Assembly: GCF_004010195.1 (NCBI RefSeq)
Contig: NC_057718.1
Location: forward strand, 81,508,591-81,544,440
Origin: Chiloscyllium plagiosum
Lineage: Eukaryota
Length of the DNA: 35,850 bases
Reading direction: 5' to 3'
The translations under genes were made by a program, and so were the position numbers. Positions 33,650 to 35,850 of this stretch are shown here, in pieces (the stretch's first letter is position 1; each line of letters starts with the position of its first letter). The notes beneath the pieces are model-generated. The model was given only the letters and a program-made list of their open reading frames with translations, was not told where the DNA came from and did no database searches.

Positions 33650-35850
33650 AAAAGTCAAAAGAACAGCAGTTTAAAAGTGAGAAGAGCAGACAAAGGAAGC
33701 ACATGGTGAGGACAGTGCAGGAAAGAGAGAGAGAGAACCTACGCAGTTACATCCTTTGCTGTTTGAATTCGTATATCGCTGGATATCGGAGTGCTTCTGG
33801 GAAAATGAACAAACAGTGAAATTCACAACTAATCTTGGAGGAACTGTTGGGCGAAGTTCACAGCACAGAATCAGATTTCCACATTGTAATCTAATCTAAT
33901 CTAATAAATTAATTGTTGTTTTAAGTCTGTCCAAGAGAAAGGCTGCTGTAGTGAGTATAGTAGATTCTTTCTTGATTATATGTTTTTGGAGATAAGTCTC
34001 TTGATTAAACTTGAAATATGAGCCATAGCTATTAATTTAACCTTGGGCAGTGTTTGTAGAGAATAAGACGGTGTTATTTTCTGGGTCTGTAGATTGTGAA
34101 GGAACAAAAATGGCCTTTGCAGTGATATGTACTTCTTGTCAGATGTGGGAGTTTAAAGAGAGTTTAAGGGTTACTGCAGATTATATCTGCCATAAATGCT
34201 TTTGGATGTGAATCTTATCAGATCGAGTAGATCATTTGAAGAGACAGATAGAAGCAATGAGGAATTTGCAACAGCAACAGTATGTGATGGCTGGCAGTTA
34301 CAGGAAGGGGGGAAAGTCTCAGATACAATCACATGGATGGGTTAACTCCAGGAAGGGTAAGAGAGGTCGGCACCTAGGGCAGGAGTCTTTTGTGGATATA
34401 CCCATTTGAAACAGGTATGCTGTTTTGAAAAATGTAGGGGGTGATGGATTCTCAGGGGAACGTAGCACGAACAGCTAAGTTTCTGGTATTGAGATTGGCT
34501 CTAATATAACAAGATGTACATCGGCTTCCAAAAGATCAATTGTGTTAGGGGATTCTGTAGTCAGAGGTACAGACAGACATTTCTGTGGCCAGCAGAGAAA
34601 AAGCAGAATGGTGTGTTGTTTCCCTGGTGCCAGGATCAAGGATGTCTCAGAGAGGGTGCAGAATGTTCTCATGGGGGAGAGGGGCCAGCAAGAGGTCATT
34701 ATCAACATTGGAACCAACGACATTGGAAAGGAAAAGGTTGAGACTGTGAAGAGAGATTACAGAGAGTTAGGCAGAAATTTAAAAAGGAGGTCCTCAAGGG
34801 TAGTAATATCTGGATTATGCCCAGCGCTACGAGCTAGTGAGGGCAGGAATAGGAGGATAGAGCAGATGAATGCATGGCTGAGGAGCTGGTGTATGGGAGA
34901 AGGATTCACATTTTTGGATCATTGGAATCTCTTTTGGGGTAGAAGTGACCTGTACAAGAAGGACGGATTGCACCCAAATTGGAAGGGGACTAATATACTG
35001 GCAGGGACATTAGCTAGAACTGCTTGGGAGGATTTAAACTAGTAAGGTGGGTGGGGTGGGACCCAGGGAGATAGTGATGAAAGAGATCGATGTGAGACGG
35101 GTACAGCTGAGAACAGAAGTGAGTCAAACAGTCAGGGCAGGCAGGGACAAGGTAGGGACAAGGTAGGACTAATAAATTAAACTGCATTTATTTCAATGCA
35201 AGGGGCCTAACAGGGAACACAGGGCATGGTTAGGAACATGGGACTGGGATATCATAGCAATTATGGAAACATGGCTCAGAGATGGGCAGGACTGGCAGCT
35301 TAATGTTCCAGGATACAAATGCTACTGGAAGGATAGAAAAGGAGGCAAGAGAGGAGGGGGAGCATTACAGCTGTGCTGAGGGAGGATATTCCCAGAAATA
35401 CATCCAGAGAAGATATTTGGGTGGAACTGAGAAATAAGAAAGGGATTATTAGGATTGTATTATAGACCCCCCAATAGTCAGATGGAAATTGAGAAACAAA
35501 CTTGTTAGGAGATCTCAGCTATCTGTAAGAATAATAGGGTAGTGATGGTAGGGGATTTTAACTGGGACTGCCATAGTGTTAAAGGTTTAGATGGAGTGGA
35601 ATTTCTTAAGTGTGTACAAGACAATTTGCTGATTCAGTATGTGGATGTACCTACTAGAGAAGGTGCAAAACTTGACCTATTCTTGGGAAATAGGGCAGGG
35701 CAGGTGACTGAGGTGTCAGTGGGGGAGCACTTTGGGGCCAGCAACCATAATTCCATTAGATTTAAAATAGTGATGGAAAAGAATAGACCAGATCTAAAAG
35801 TTGAAGTTCTAAATTGGAGAAAAGCCAATTTTGACGGTATTAGGCAAGAA
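33650..35850 (+). mobile_element. CR1-clade LINE 5' portion (5' UTR, ORF1, APE), runs off the window end
   Basis: Colinear with the reverse complement of ~4630-6980; YFNARGL, IWVELRNKKG, YRPPNS, VMVGDFN, PTREGAKLDL. Confidence 0.95.
34110..35042 (+). pseudogene. CR1 ORF1 remnant (zinc finger, coiled coil, SGNH esterase), one frame with three stops
   Basis: MAFAVICTSC..ICHKCFWM*ILSD..IPI*NRY..TNS*VSG..VLGDSVVRG..FPGARI..IGTND..DGLH..EDLN*. Confidence 0.92.

Noticed and set aside
35143..35165. 11-bp tandem duplication AGGGACAAGGT as a regulatory repeat
   Set aside because: Simple slippage in a dead CR1; single in the sister copy.
1..35850. Prokaryotic systems (CRISPR, retron, group II intron, operon)
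   Set aside because: All RT and nuclease motifs belong to eukaryotic CR1, L1, L2 and Penelope elements; no spaced repeat array or gene-dense structure.

Overview
Repeat-dominated vertebrate DNA; I recognise no host protein-coding exon. The repeat mix (HE1-type tRNA-derived SINEs, HER1/CR1 LINEs sharing their 3' tail, DeuSINE, Penelope termini) points to a cartilaginous fish, probably a carpet/bamboo shark (inference). Contents: many CR1-clade LINE copies of different ages, two with intact 5' UTR and zinc-finger/SGNH-esterase ORF1; a 5'-complete, internally deleted L1 inserted in an old L2 and itself carrying a Penelope GIY-YIG fragment; two decayed Harbinger-type Myb/SANT gene remnants; a decayed Gypsy 3' end; several SINEs. 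All TE ORFs are broken. Two things stand out. (1) A 466-bp-arm inverted duplication (8290-8755 / 8850-9315) with no mismatch found, lying in old decayed DNA and abutting a Penelope-terminus fold-back. (2) Several tiny Penelope-terminus insertions, two with perfect 14-15 bp TSDs, whose 5' ends fall inside or at the predicted cleavage site of a minimal hammerhead ribozyme. Family assignments come from motif recognition by eye, not database searches, and boundaries of old elements are approximate.
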